From contig LPNZ01009064.1 of the NCBI GenBank assembly GCA_001655205.1, positions 1-39,045 of the forward strand: 39,045 bases of DNA. Reading direction: 5' to 3'. This document shows positions 1 through 11,906 of this stretch, in pieces. Below the pieces are notes generated by a model, which saw nothing but the letters and a program-made list of their open reading frames with translations, did no database searches and was not told the origin of the DNA. Made by a program: the position numbers and the translations under genes. The first letter of the stretch is position 1. Every line of letters starts with the position of its first letter. This DNA comes from Lenisia limosa. Taxonomy: Eukaryota > Protista > Breviatea.

Positions 1-863
1 CAACCTTCTCCGCGCCGCCCATAGACGGTTGGAAGTTTCCCCAGCTGACAGCTCCCTACAGCATAGCTTCACATCTTCCTTTGCCCCAACGATCCCCTCA
101 ACCACTTCACAGTCTGACTAGACGTAAGGTATGTAAATATTTGCCGTACATATGATCTATACATTTCAGTACTTTCATCCTGACACTGTTTTAGCTACGC
201 CTTCATTCCCCAGACCTGGTCCAACGTGCCTAAGGTCACTTGACATCTGCCCAGTCCCCCAAGATTGTGGCATGAATGAACTGATTTTAGAATTGTCTTC
301 TTTGTGTTGAAGTGTATTGCTTTTCTTGAGCGATACAAATGCAGAAATCCGTCTGGGTTGATATTTTAGCAAGAATAGTGTCTATTGACCTGCTGAGTTC
401 AGACGACGATGTTTGTTGTTCAACTTCAATTTCATCATTTTTGAATATGGCATTTTCCTCTTCAGTGAGGATAACGCTCAAGCCTTTTCGCAGACTAAAG
501 GTCCTTCATTTTCCAAAGTTAGAAAGGAATGCAAAATTCTTCCTCGAAGCTTGGGCTTCAGCTCCTATCATAAATCTGGTTGTTTGGAGGTGGGCTGGTG
601 ATTTATTCCCTACACCGCCTCCATCCGCCTTCCCCTCCCGTCTGAGAACTGGTCCCAAACTTGGGTATCCAAATCCTTGAATGAGACTGTCAAAATTATG
701 GTTTTTTAGCTCTTGCGTGTCTTGTCTATCTGTCTTTTTTGTTTGCTTCAGTCAAATGTTAGTTTCATTTTATGTGGGTGGTTATGACGTGTGGATCCCA
801 GGTGATCAACATCTACTTATTTTCCCCAAAATGTGTATCGGAACCCCAGGTTCTTGGGAATAA
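1..863 (+). CDS. Possible spliced gene fragment, product unknown
   Basis: An open frame from base 2 to 128 is followed by a plausible intron (GTATGT..TTTCAG, ~129-169), with further open frames at 339-680 and an acceptor-like T-tract near 725-735. No family motif recognised, and the strand is uncertain. Confidence 0.2.
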
Positions 864-927
864 ATTTTTCCCCGTTAGATATTGATGCATTTCAAGTTCA
901 AGTTCAAGTTTGTGATATTGTTAATTT

Positions 928-2462
928 TTATAGACCGAGACACCATGAGAAAGTTAAATATTTCAAAAACGACTTCAACCTTTTAAGACTGAAGGACACC
1001 TGTTTCGATACCCTTATAATCTCATTATTTCCCATTAGTTTAACAATATTCATCAAGAAACTATATTTCCTCTGTATACCCCCCCCCCCACGAGAGCGCA
1101 GCGAGGGCATGTCCGATTTCATGCACTGTTGTGGAGACAAAGAGGCCAAAGCACGTGTACACCAGCCACTTGTCTGTCAAATTAACTCCGGGGACCTGGG
1201 AGGGGGGTAAAAATGCTGAAAATAATAAAGAACAACAACATCAATAACAGACTGCAAATCCCCTTTTACAAGAGGTTTGAGGATCGAAGTATCCTCGGGA
1301 GTATCCTCAGAGTAATAGCTCCAGATGGTATCAAGACTGCGCCCCATGTTGTAGACGAATAAAATGGCCATTATGGGGAGAAGCGGTGTACTGACATACA
1401 CTGGGGAGTTTTAAGAGGGGAATATGATTCAGAATGAAGAACATACCCAAATACTTTTTACAATTATCGAGAAGGCACTTGTTAACCAAATATTCTCATA
1501 ATGCTACTTTCAAGGAAGTCTCTGTTTACACACATTAAGTCTCTAATGTTGAAATAAACCACCCACCGCCAATTTGGAACCACTTTGGAAGACTGTCCTT
1601 ATGTGTTTCGTAAAAGTCGTCAATCAGCTGAAGAGGTCGTCTGGGATGTAACACAGTATTTAACCATACGATATGAATCTGGTTCACACCGTATTTGAGA
1701 TAGGTCTATGGGTTGTTTAATCAGAGTAGCTCGGGTAAATAACCCACACCATTATAATCAAGATTACATTGACAAAACCATATGTAAATCCGTCAGCTAC
1801 CCACGTAGAAGTGAAAAAAACCGACAAGTTGCCAAGGTGCATATTGTCTAGAAAGTAAAAAAAAAAAAAAAAAATANNNNNNNNNNNNNNNNNNNNNNNN
1901 NNNNNNNNNNNNNNNNNNNNNNNNNNNNNNNNNNNNNNNNNNNNNNNNNNNNNNNNNNNNNNNNNNNNNNNNNNNNNNAGCCATCGACGACTTGATTTAT
2001 TCAGATGTTGAAAAAGCCCCACTTTACGTTCAATAATAGTTACAATCCTTTGATAACTACATTGATGCATATACCTTAAAAAGAATAGAAAAGTTCAATC
2101 CCCCCCCCCCNNNNNNNNNNNNNNTAAAGTGATCAGTCAATTATGTCCTGTGAATTGGTATTGCAAAAAAGTGAAGTCCCATATTCCCCATACTTAAATA
2201 AAAACAGTGTCCCCCAGAAGGTGGCTAAGCACAACAGGAAGAGTATCATGGTAAACTGGTCGCTCGAGGTTAATCGGCAATTTGGAGTTTATCGCGCTTA
2301 TCTAGCTCAAATAACCATACAAGATTTAGAGAGGGCTTGAAAGAGGCAGCTGGAGACAGCCATGGGCAGCAGGGCAAAGCAACGCTACGGTTACCGGAGA
2401 CGATGTAAAAGCGAAAAATGCCCCCAAAATGGGATTTGCTCATTGAATAACAGATTAACCAT
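928..2462 (-). CDS. MBTPS2: Site-2 protease (peptidase M50 intramembrane zinc metalloprotease), N-terminal half only; multi-exon
   Basis: Exon 1195-1092 reads VPGVNLTDKWLVYTCFGLFVSTTVHEIGHALAALS, with the S2P VPGVNL motif and the HExxH site. It splices in frame to the upstream exon ending SILKPL, and a further upstream exon ends DSLPKWFQIG. Start (2462) and end are tentative. Confidence 0.8.
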
Positions 2463-2497
2463 ATTGTTGAATATATTATGAATAGATAGGGCACGTA

Positions 2498-5122
2498 ATG
2501 AGTATTGAAGGAGAAAACGTTTCCTTTTGTTGGGGCCCAGGCTTCGGCTTACCATCATTTCAGCCCTCCTCATTAGCTATCCACACCTTTGAGCGGTTTA
2601 CCAGCGTGGGTCTTGAATTCAAGAATTGCAATATTCAGAAGATTTCGCCTTCTGGCAAGCTTCCTGTACTCAAATGCAAGGATCAGATCATTCCAGGAGC
2701 TAATGCAGCGATTATGCACATGATGGACACCTTGGTATGTTTCCTCTTTTCCTCGATCACATTTTCTGCACACATAAGATGACACCACTTCCACATCAAA
2801 GTTGTTTAATGTGTTATTTCCTGTTGTCATTTCGCCAGTTTTTTTTTTTTTTCTACATACGCATAACTACTTCATATTCCATGCNNNNNNNNNNNNNNNN
2901 NNNNNNNNNNNNNNNNNNNNNNNNNNNNNNNNNNNNNNNNNNNNNNNNNNNNNNNNNNNNNNNNNNNNNNNNNTTATCCAGTCTCAGTGAATAGGTAATG
3001 CTATCTTGAGGAGAGGTAATGGTGCTCTCGTAGTTATTATTCGAATCGAAAGTCGGCCTTTTGATTTAACCTTTACTCTCTTTGTTAATCCTTTTTATTT
3101 GCGTACTCAGTTGATTAAAAAGTTGGAATGTTGTCCCTTATTCCACTTATGAATCCCCCCATCCAGTAACATTNNNNNNNNNNNNNNNNNNNNNNNNNNN
3201 NNNNNNNNNNNNNNNNNNNNNNNNNNNNNNNNNNNNNNNNNNNNNNNNNNNNNNNNNNNNNNNNNNNNNNNNNNNNNNNNNNNNNNNNNNNNNNNNNNNN
3301 NNNNNNNNNNNNNNNNNNNNNNNNNNNNNNNNNNNNNNNNNNNNNNNNNNNNNNNNNNNNNNNNNNNNNNNNNNNNNNNNNNNNNGGTCAGGAACTATTG
3401 ACAGTACCTATTAACCACCCTTTGCGAGTGTTTGTTGATGGCTTTTGCTATTATAACACAGCCTTTTTGAGGGGCTTCTACCAGAAATACCTGTATATAA
3501 AACCTTTAATATTCAAGTCTCGACGGCTTAGGCCAGATATAATCTTAAGAATCTTGGACTTGGGACGGCGGCTTCATTAATTGCTTGACTCCTGTTTACC
3601 TCTTCCCAGGAGCACATGTGGTACGCTGAAAAGGACAACTTGACACCCATGCGGCGATTGATCAACAAGCACTTGGCATTCCCACTTGGCTGGATTGTAC
3701 CCAGCAGGATGATTAAAGAGGCCAAAAATAACCTTGGTAAGACTGTGGTTTTTTTTATTTTACTCGAACCGTTGGGGGTTTGGTTTACACCCCCAACCCT
3801 CGTGTGTTGTCAGCCAGAATTGATTTTGGGCTTCTTTTTTTTGTTTCATAAATTTTCCAATTTTACCCCCCCCCCCCAGCTGTAAGAGGTCTCAACAACC
3901 CCACNNNNNNNNNNNNNNNNNNNNNNNNNNNNNNNNNNNNNNNNNNNNNNNNNNCGTACAGCCAATGTCGGGCCGGCCTTCACGCAATATCACAGAAACT
4001 CGGAACCTCCAGGTACCTCTTCTGTGACTCTGAGTGAGGGGGTTAACTGACCTATTGTGACAGGTGTTTTTTCTTTTTCTTTTTTCTCATTTCTGAGATT
4101 TTGATTTGATCTTGATGCCAAGATTATTTTTTCTTTTTTGGCTTTCTTCTTTTTCTTTCTTCTAACCCCCCTCCTGTAGCCCAACATCAATAGATGCGAT
4201 CCTCTTTGGCCATCTTGCCGTTATTCTGTACTGCGACCTTCCCACCAACCCCCTTTATGTAAGAGGGGGTGTCCTTGAAGCGATTATAAAGTCAACATTT
4301 GAAACGGTTGAAGTAAACGAATAACCGTAACCGAGTGTGACCTGTGTAATTTGTTTTTCAGGGTATTAAAAACTATTATTGATGGAAGAGAGTTGTTCCT
4401 GACATACGGACCAATCTTGGTAATTTTTTTTGTCAAAGCAAAAAAGATCAGGTTACCGTATCTTTGTGATGGGATATCTAGCTGTTTTCATATTTACTTT
4501 TCAGAAACTTCTTGGCGAATTCCCGAACCTTGTTGCGTACACCGTCAACATTCTTGAGACCTTCTATGCGGATGACATCAAACTACCCGAATCCAGTAGG
4601 CTCTTTGCTTTAGTTTCCCTGTTTTTTAACAGTTCCACGTCAGTTTGCTGATTTGGTTCTATTCTGATATCTTGTGTGTCTGTTGATTCGTCACTTCAGT
4701 TTTTTTGTCAAATATTGACTTCACCCCAGTACCTGGCCGTCGTGGCTCGGAAGCCTACCATTCTTCTGATGATGAGGAGTATGAGTCGGATGATGAGATC
4801 TACCGTCAAGGTCGACCCAGACCAGCAGGGTCGTTTTATACCCATGAACCGTGGGGGGGGGGGTAACTATAAGGGCGAGGAAAGTGTCATTGCATGTCAT
4901 GGGCAGTCCCCATGTGATTTCTCATTTGGCCGATTTCTTACCACCCCCAGAAACCAGACTGAGAGGGAAAACGATAGAGGGACGCGTAACGCGATTGTTT
5001 TTGGCATTGCATCTCTGGTTGGTTGCAAGGCGCAGATCATAGCTAAGGAGCATTTATTTGTAGAGCCTCATAAGTTCGGATGTATTTTTGCCGATTTAAT
5101 CCCCAAGTTTTTTTCACCTTAG
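2498..5122 (+). CDS. Metaxin / Sam37-like GST-fold mitochondrial outer-membrane protein; multi-exon
   Basis: Exons read WGPGFGLPSFQPSSLAI..ISPSGKLPVL, WYAEKDNLTPMRRLINKHLAFPLGWIVP, SIDAILFGHLAVILYCDLPTNPL and LLGEFPNLVAY. These are followed by an acidic linker and a hydrophobic C-terminal anchor (RNAIVFGIASLV). The 3' end is approximate. Confidence 0.88.
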
Positions 5123-5278
5123 CTTTATCCCACCTCGTAATATCTTTTTGGGCTGTAGTTAAGAAGACTCACTTAATTAGGCTGCGTTTGCTTTCTTCAG
5201 TGACTGGTTTAAGATGTCAAGATAGAAAAATGTATGTACAATTACAATTCCCTGAACAACACCATAAAATCAACTCAT

Positions 5279-7400
5279 TCATGCATAGACATTTAGTGAA
5301 GTATAAGTTAGAAAGGTTATGGAGTAGCCCTGGGGTTCTTGACCTTGAGTGGGCAAACTTTCCAATTGAGCTGTACCCTCAGTGTAGTACGCGATTTGTT
5401 GATCTTCCCAGGCTGGGGGGGGGGNNNNNNNNNNNNNNNNNNNNNNNNNNNNNNNNNNNNNNNNNNNNNNNNNGATATTGCATAAACAACCTTGATTTAT
5501 CTCCAACTAACCTAATCAGAGGCAGCCTTGTATTCATGGTTGAATTGAGAACAGGATATCATTGATGGGTATGCACAAAGGAAAGTCATTCACTTCCATG
5601 GAGGCTATAAGATTAGGAATAATTCACATAAAATATTTTTGGATTTGTATCGATAAAAGGCTCAAGCACGGAACCTGCGCCCCTCACCATTGATTTGCGA
5701 GGCTGACGACAATGCCACTGTCAGATAGTAGTCCCCAACGGCTGTTCCCTGGTAAATGTAGTGTCTCATGAATGCCTGCGAAAAGGACGAGTCCTGCTTC
5801 GGGTAAAGAGCATTTACGGTCCTCCGAAAAGACCAGTAACATGGAAATTATGTTTTTAGAGAGGACAGTGTCTGAGAAATAAACATTCTTCACAAAAACG
5901 ATATGCATCAACTGTCACGCACACATCTTATCCTAGGCTCACTAGTGTAATGTCTTTCAAGTTATCAGCGATGCTGCCTCCAAACGACTTCAAAACAGCT
6001 TCCTTCAGGGTCCAATAGGAGAAAAAATGATGAGGGTGTACCTGGCCTAACAAAGTTATAAGAAATATTTGCATATACTAGACAATAATTAGAAGTACAC
6101 AGAACCACGTATTTACAGCCCAATATATTGACTAATTCATCAAAAAAAATATCATTTGAGTGGATAATCCAAACTAACCAGAAAGCTTAAGATGATCCTG
6201 GGAACTGAATAAGTCCATAAACATTTGGACGAATTCTGGGTCTAAACATGGTTCCTGTGGTCTGAGACGTCAAACCACAATGACAATAAAAACGTAAAAC
6301 AATTGTTTCATCTTATGATTGGATTGTAAATAAGAAAAGTAGTTCTGGAAAGCATGCAATCCCACACACATCTACTTCCATTCAGTTTACCCCCATTACG
6401 TTGAGCAAGGAACAAGGGGACCTTCAGCCATGTCTTGAATATCAACACCAACTTGCAAGGATTCGTTCTGAAGTTATTATTACCATTTTTGGAAGGTCAG
6501 ACAATAATTTTTCACGTAATGATTTGATACCTCATATCCACTCGTGTGATAGTTGATCGACAAGCCTCAATGATACTCTGATACACTCAAAATGAACCTT
6601 CATGGTATCAAAGGAATCAAATCCGAGGCTTTATCATAAACATGTTGTGTTCACTCTGTAAAACATATCCGCTCACCAAACACACCGCTACCATCACCAC
6701 ACAGCTCGAATGTGAAATGCTGAACGAACCCTTGAAGCCCTAGAAGATAAAGTTTTTACTGTCTTATCCTGATGACACAATAGCCTCATACCTCAATGTA
6801 AGGTTTTCCTTTTGGAGTTACCCTCATATTACTTTGGATTTCAGAAATTGACATCAGTCTCTGTGACAGGAGAAATTTTCTAGAAGAAACCAATGAAGAT
6901 TTTTGTGTAGTAATAATTCAAACAAAAAAAACACCTTTTAGCCCACTATGCACCCCTCATACACCACAGTTCACTCAATACAAGCTTCTTTTGCCGAACA
7001 ATGAATCTATCCCCAAATGAGAAGGCACTAACCTGAGAAGCAGCATGCCTGTCGCTGATGCTCCTGCCCCAACCTAGGCCTGTTGAAACATACTTCTCGA
7101 TAATCCTTCGAAAAGGTATTGATGTATCCTGATCTTTTTCTATTAAGCGAGACTATGCCATTTGAGTGTGTGCACTTGTGATTTTTATCAGCTGGTTCAA
7201 CAAACAATAGGTTGAAAACAATATTGAGCATTTACCTTTTTCGTCAGCTTCTTCAGTTCAAATTTACAAAGTACCTAAATAATTAGCACTTCTTTCGTAC
7301 CAATATCCTCCCACCTCATTGAATAACGAGTTATTGGCCTTGACAAAGCTGTCGCTTAGTGGCTCTGCCTGAAGCTGTCAAAACTCCCATTTCATATCTC
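5279..7400 (-). CDS. 4'-phosphopantetheinyl transferase (Sfp/AASDHPPT type); multi-exon
   Basis: The motifs occur in the expected order on the minus strand: GMLLLRFIVRQ, TPKGKPYIE (~6800), FSISHSSCVVMVAVC (~6710), QVGVDIQ (~6445), FFSYWTLKEAVLKSFG (~6000). Both ends are uncertain, and coding may extend up to ~7700. Confidence 0.85.
6509..6609 (-). repeat. Intronic repeat family, copy E (3' part only)
   Basis: The reverse complement GGTTCATTTTGAGTGTATCAGAGTATCATTGAGGCTTGTCGATCAACTATCACACGAGTGGATATGAGGTATCAAATCA closely matches ~38632-38710. It lies in a PPTase intron. Confidence 0.85.
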
Positions 7401-8030
7401 AAAGTAGACGTTATCATTATATCCTTTGGTTGACTTTGATAAAAGCACCTAAAAATTTGATTGTCGGTTGCCTTCAGTTACAAGTCCGTTTCCTTGACTT
7501 TTTTCAAACAATCCTGAGAGTACATATTCTTGTGTTTCATCCCAAAAAGGAGGTTCATTCGGGTGCATCATCATAGATGACATATGACCCCCCCCCCCCT
7601 CAACTTGTAGAAGCCAGACAGGTACCTTGGCCGAGTTCATTGGTACTAAGCAGTAAGGTCCGCTTCACTCTGGTGGCGGCTAGCGTGGAATATGAANNNN
7701 NNNNNNNNNNNNNNNNNNNNNNNNNNNNNNNNNNNNNNNNNNNNNNNNNNNNNNNNNNNNNNNNNNNNNNNNNNNNNNNNNNNNNNNNNNNNNNNNNNNN
7801 NNNNNNNNNNNNNNNNNNCCCCCTAATTTAACCTTAGTAGTGGTGACAACATAATAATAGGGCGTTTACAAACGCCCGATATATTGGGGCCAAGAGCACC
7901 CAAATACGGCCATAGGAACTCAATATGTGTGGTGACAAGGTGGTGGACTTAGCAGATACATTAAATAATATAAGAAAAAGATGCACGGTGATCATTTAAA
8001 ATTAGAGGTATAATATGTTCATCGAAGATA

Positions 8031-11000
8031 CTATAGGCCTTTGTTGTAGTAAAGCGCCTTGAACTGATGAAATCGATCTTCAAGTTCGGGTTGTCGAATG
8101 GTACATTTCTAAAACGGATGAAAGGTATTGGTTGATGTCTGATGTGATCTAATATTTCACTGTTAGATACACAACGTTTCAATCTGTATCCTGATAGTTT
8201 TATTTAACAAAAGTGCAGCATACCTGTGGGAAAACCGATATCGCAGCAGGGAGGGCGAATCCGAAGCAAACCAACGTCAAGCCAGCCCGAACCCAAATCG
8301 GACCAAACTGAAGAACAAGTGAAAGTGTGAATGAGAATATTCACCTAAAGAAACAATAGTTCACACTACTGCCCCGCATAANNNNNNNNNNNNNNNNNNN
8401 NNNNNNNNNNNNNNNNNNNNNNNNNNNNNNNNNNNNNNNNNNNNNNNNNNNNNNNNNNNNNNNNNNNNNNNNNNNNNNNNNNNNNNNNNNNNNNNNNNNN
8501 NNNNNNNNNNNNNNNNNNNNNNNNCAAAACCCGCAATGATGATTGGGGGGAACACCAGAATTGGTACAGGAAGAAGTGCTCTGGATTAGTCATATACACA
8601 GCTAAGTTTTGGTTTCAATTTACCTCACAAATGTCACACAAAGGTCCAACAACAGTAACACCTGAACAACACAACTAAAACAGCCAATATTAGATATACT
8701 AGTAGGTATTATATTATATATTATATATCTATATGTATATGTATCATATATAATATATAATATGTAGTATATATATCTATATCATATACTATATAGTATC
8801 TAAAAAATACACTAATCGTAAAAAAGAAAAACCTTACCGTGTAATTGCAGTATCACGAATGGCCTTATACGCTGCAGCTTGAGACACTCCAACGGTTTTA
8901 CCGGTGGAATCTACCACAGAAATACCTAGGCGAGCGGAAGTAAAAAGAAGAAAATTTTGATGAAGAATATTCGCGTGTGGGGGGGGGGGGAAGGNNNNNN
9001 NNNNNNNNNNNNNNNNNNNNNNNNNNNNNNNNNNNNNNNNNNNNNNNNNNNNNNNNNNNNNNNNNNNNNNNNNNNNNNNNNNNNNNNNNNNNNNNNNNNN
9101 NNNNNNCGGAAGTAAACAAAAAGAACCTAGGTAAGCAACAGCAGAATGATGGGAGGGGATGATGATGATGAGCGCCTGCCTTTTACACTCCATAATGCAC
9201 TAATAATAGTATAAATCCCAAAACTGAGACATCTCGTACTTTTTTATCGTGTGAACACTTCACCCACCATCCTTCAGCTCTGAACTCCTCATCAGGACTA
9301 GATTGGCAACTCCAGCAGTAGCGACAGCAACAAAGGGTGATCCTAGGAAGGGTTATTGAAAGAAGGAGCAGGTTATAATGGCATAATGAATGGTTGATTG
9401 CCTCAAAGCTTCCACTCTTGAAATCATCACAATTTACTTGAAATAACAATAATATAGGAGCAAATAATACAAATGGAGAAACTCATCTTTTACCTGATCG
9501 AAGATGAGACTCAGGGCAAAATAATTCACAAACCTTGCTCCACAATTTTGGAAGCCATTCGAGCTGCAATCTATAAGGAGTGAATTGAGGGGTGATACTC
9601 AAGCTTCAAAGTGTCCGAAACCCATTTCAGACACTTTTCATGACGCACGTATCATACTACATACCTTTTTCATTCCAAGCGATACACTGAGGGCAGCAGT
9701 CACCGCACCAATATAACTGTAAATCTGAATAGGTCAAGCCAGAGGGGCAATTGAAGAGACCCAATTTTAACGAGCGATTACGAAGAGTCCTAACCGTGGT
9801 TTTGGGGAGAGTACCGAAAACTGGAAGGGAGAAACTCTCATTTGGTGACAATGACTACAGGTGACATTTTTGTAATCAAAACCTGACAACCCACACCATC
9901 ATCTTGATGTTGTGGAATTGAAGATGAGTATCCTTTGACTCAGAGTCTTCCTTTCATATCTTAACTCAGTCGAAAGTCCGTATACAAAGAAAAATAGTAA
10001 TTGGCCCTTTTGCTACGACAGGAAAATATCCTTCCTTACATGATGAATATTGATTGGTCGATTGGTGTAATTAATGAAGGCATTGTGGGTCTACAGTGTC
10101 AATAGCAAAACAATCCACTCAGCTAACTAAATATCAAACATCTTATAACTACTTTCCCATCATACAGTACTACTAGTATATACATATGATATGATATATA
10201 CTAGTTTTATACTATAGAGATATAAATAAAACAAGGGTTCATGCCGTCTGCGGCATCACGCTTATAAGAGGTATTGGATTATACAAAGAGAAGGGAAATT
10301 AAACAAGGTTTTATATGGCTGATGCCGTACGCACCATCACGCTTATAAGATATATTTATTGAATTGGATAGAGGGACCACTTATTCTATGAAATATTAGG
10401 TAATATATAATATCCCTACCCCCTTTACCTGGTTAAGCCATTGGTAAAACATTGTCGTTGCTACGCCCGCGCCAGGAATCAGCATTCCAATGGAAATCGG
10501 GGTACCAAAAGGAATAAAGCCAGCCATACGGCTGTGGATGTTAGAACAGAACAAGACCAGATCCCAACACAAAAAGAGATGGATGTCACAAGGGAACATT
10601 ATTTAATAATTGTGCGTAAAGGATGGGGTCACTTCAATAGAAATCAAATCCACTTATAACACAGACACTGATAGGTAGCACCGCCTCTCACAATGGATAG
10701 AAGATTTTCTGAGTTGTTAAAACCAAGACAACAGTCCTCATCATGAATAAAAATTGATGTTGAGAGCATAGAAATAAGAAGCATATAAAGTGATAAAATA
10801 AGTTAACGTCAAGACTTTTTTCAGAAACATAAAAGACATGACATATACTCCTCACCTTTCCCGTATCTGGATGCAACACAGCATTCTTCTTTTTTAAGGC
10901 TTCCTGAGCTTCATGGAGGGGGATATCTTCACCGTGCCTGAAAAGGGTTATCTATCACCAGAGGAGAAACAAAATATACCACTGCGTAGAAAATGATATT

Positions 11001-11906
11001 TTACACAATACTGTTTGTATATCTATGCCCATTCACCCTGAGTGTATCAGAGTATCTCAGATTTGTTTTTTATTTTTAATACGAGAAACCAAGTATCTTA
11101 CTATTGCGAGGAAAACGACAGTAATTCAACTATGACATGATATACTATGGGCAGTATCTCACAATATTGATTCGGGTTTTTCGGGGCAAGGTGAATAGAC
11201 CCCAAACCGGTAGTTATGCACAACTTCACAAGCATCTTCCACCTGGGGAGGGGGGGGGGNNNNNNNNNNNNNNNNNNNNNNNNNNNNNNNNNNNNNNNNN
11301 NNNNNNNNNNNNNNNNNNNNNNNNNNNNNNNNNNNNNNNNNNNNNNNNNNNNNNNNNNNNNNNNNNNNNNNNNNNNNCTATTTTGCAATATAATCACACA
11401 TATGTTAACCATAACCACCACTGATATGTTAAAAAAACATACCCATCCTACCCAGTGATATAATAATGTGACCCAGTGATATAATAATGTGACCGACATC
11501 CTACCCAGTGATATAATAATGTGACCGACATCCCACCCAGTGATATAATAATGTGACCGACATTCGAGTCGAAATGGTGAATGAAGATAACGCGAAGTTT
11601 CACCACGTTACATATATACCACAGACCTGTCTATCAGAAAGGAACAGTGTTCGAGGATCCACAACGTTCAGAAATGACTTGAAACGTCCTATAAAAGTTT
11701 CCTATAACGAATGAAAAATGTAGACAGTCCACCAAAAATATAGGATAGAGAACAGCAGGGTGGCTACTAAAAATTAGACAGTGGAGTGATATGTGAACTT
11801 TCTTCGAGAAAGATGCCATTTACCAAAAGCGCCCTATTCCTAATAAAAAATATACCACAGCGCACCAGCAAACCTGGTCATACTTGTCAGGGATATCTCG
11901 TAACAT
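8031..11906 (-). CDS. Sideroflexin (mitochondrial tricarboxylate/amino-acid carrier family); multi-exon
   Basis: Exons read KYDQ|ETFIGRFKSFLNVVDPRTLF, NAVLHPDTGK, RMAGFIPFGTPISIGMLIP..FYQWLNQ, THNAFINYTNR, SYIGAVTAA, PFVAVATAGVANLVLMRSSELKDG, GISVVDSTGKTVGVSQAAAYKAIRDTAITR, FGFALPAAISVFPQ and LYYNKGL*. The stop TAG is at 8033-8031. The start could lie further upstream (to ~12417). Confidence 0.95.
8695..8800. repeat. TA-rich low-complexity intronic tract (similar tracts at ~10165-10225, 20040-20090, 20790-20890, 38760-38900)
   Basis: Degenerate TATA/TATAG/TATCA runs, read directly. Confidence 0.7.
10229..10350. repeat. Two tandem units of hairpin + CATCACGCTTATAAGA in a sideroflexin intron
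   Basis: The 16-mer occurs at 10254-10269 and 10335-10350, each time preceded by AAACAAGG and a GC-rich hairpin (ATGCCG-TCTG-CGGCAT in the first). Confidence 0.8.
10980..11056 (+). repeat. Intronic repeat family, fragments F (two pieces in permuted order)
   Basis: CACTGCGTAGAAAATGATA (10980-10998) matches ~38710-38728, and TTCACCCTGAGTGTATCAGAGTATC (11032-11056) matches ~38634-38658. Confidence 0.6.
11444..11563 (+). repeat. Minisatellite, 32-bp unit CATCCTACCCAGTGATATAATAATGTGACCGA (four copies of the core, one junction truncated)
   Basis: CCAGTGATATAATAATGTGACC starts at 11452, 11473, 11505 and 11537. There are no unique spacers. Confidence 0.92.
11537..11605 (+). repeat. Intronic double-hairpin repeat family, copy C
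   Basis: Sequence CCAGTGATAT..GACCGACATTCGAGTCG-AAA-TGGTGAA..GATAACGCG..TTCACCA, inside a sideroflexin intron. Confidence 0.8.

Noticed and set aside
6900-7100. Mitochondrial carrier (GAGASA motif)
   Set aside because: The exon splices into the PPTase motif series (LLLRF..GKPY..ISHS..VGVD..WTLKEA), and no Px(D/E)xx(K/R) carrier signature was seen.
11444-11563. CRISPR-like array
   Set aside because: The units are near-identical head-to-tail with no unique spacers and lie in a eukaryotic intron. It is a minisatellite.
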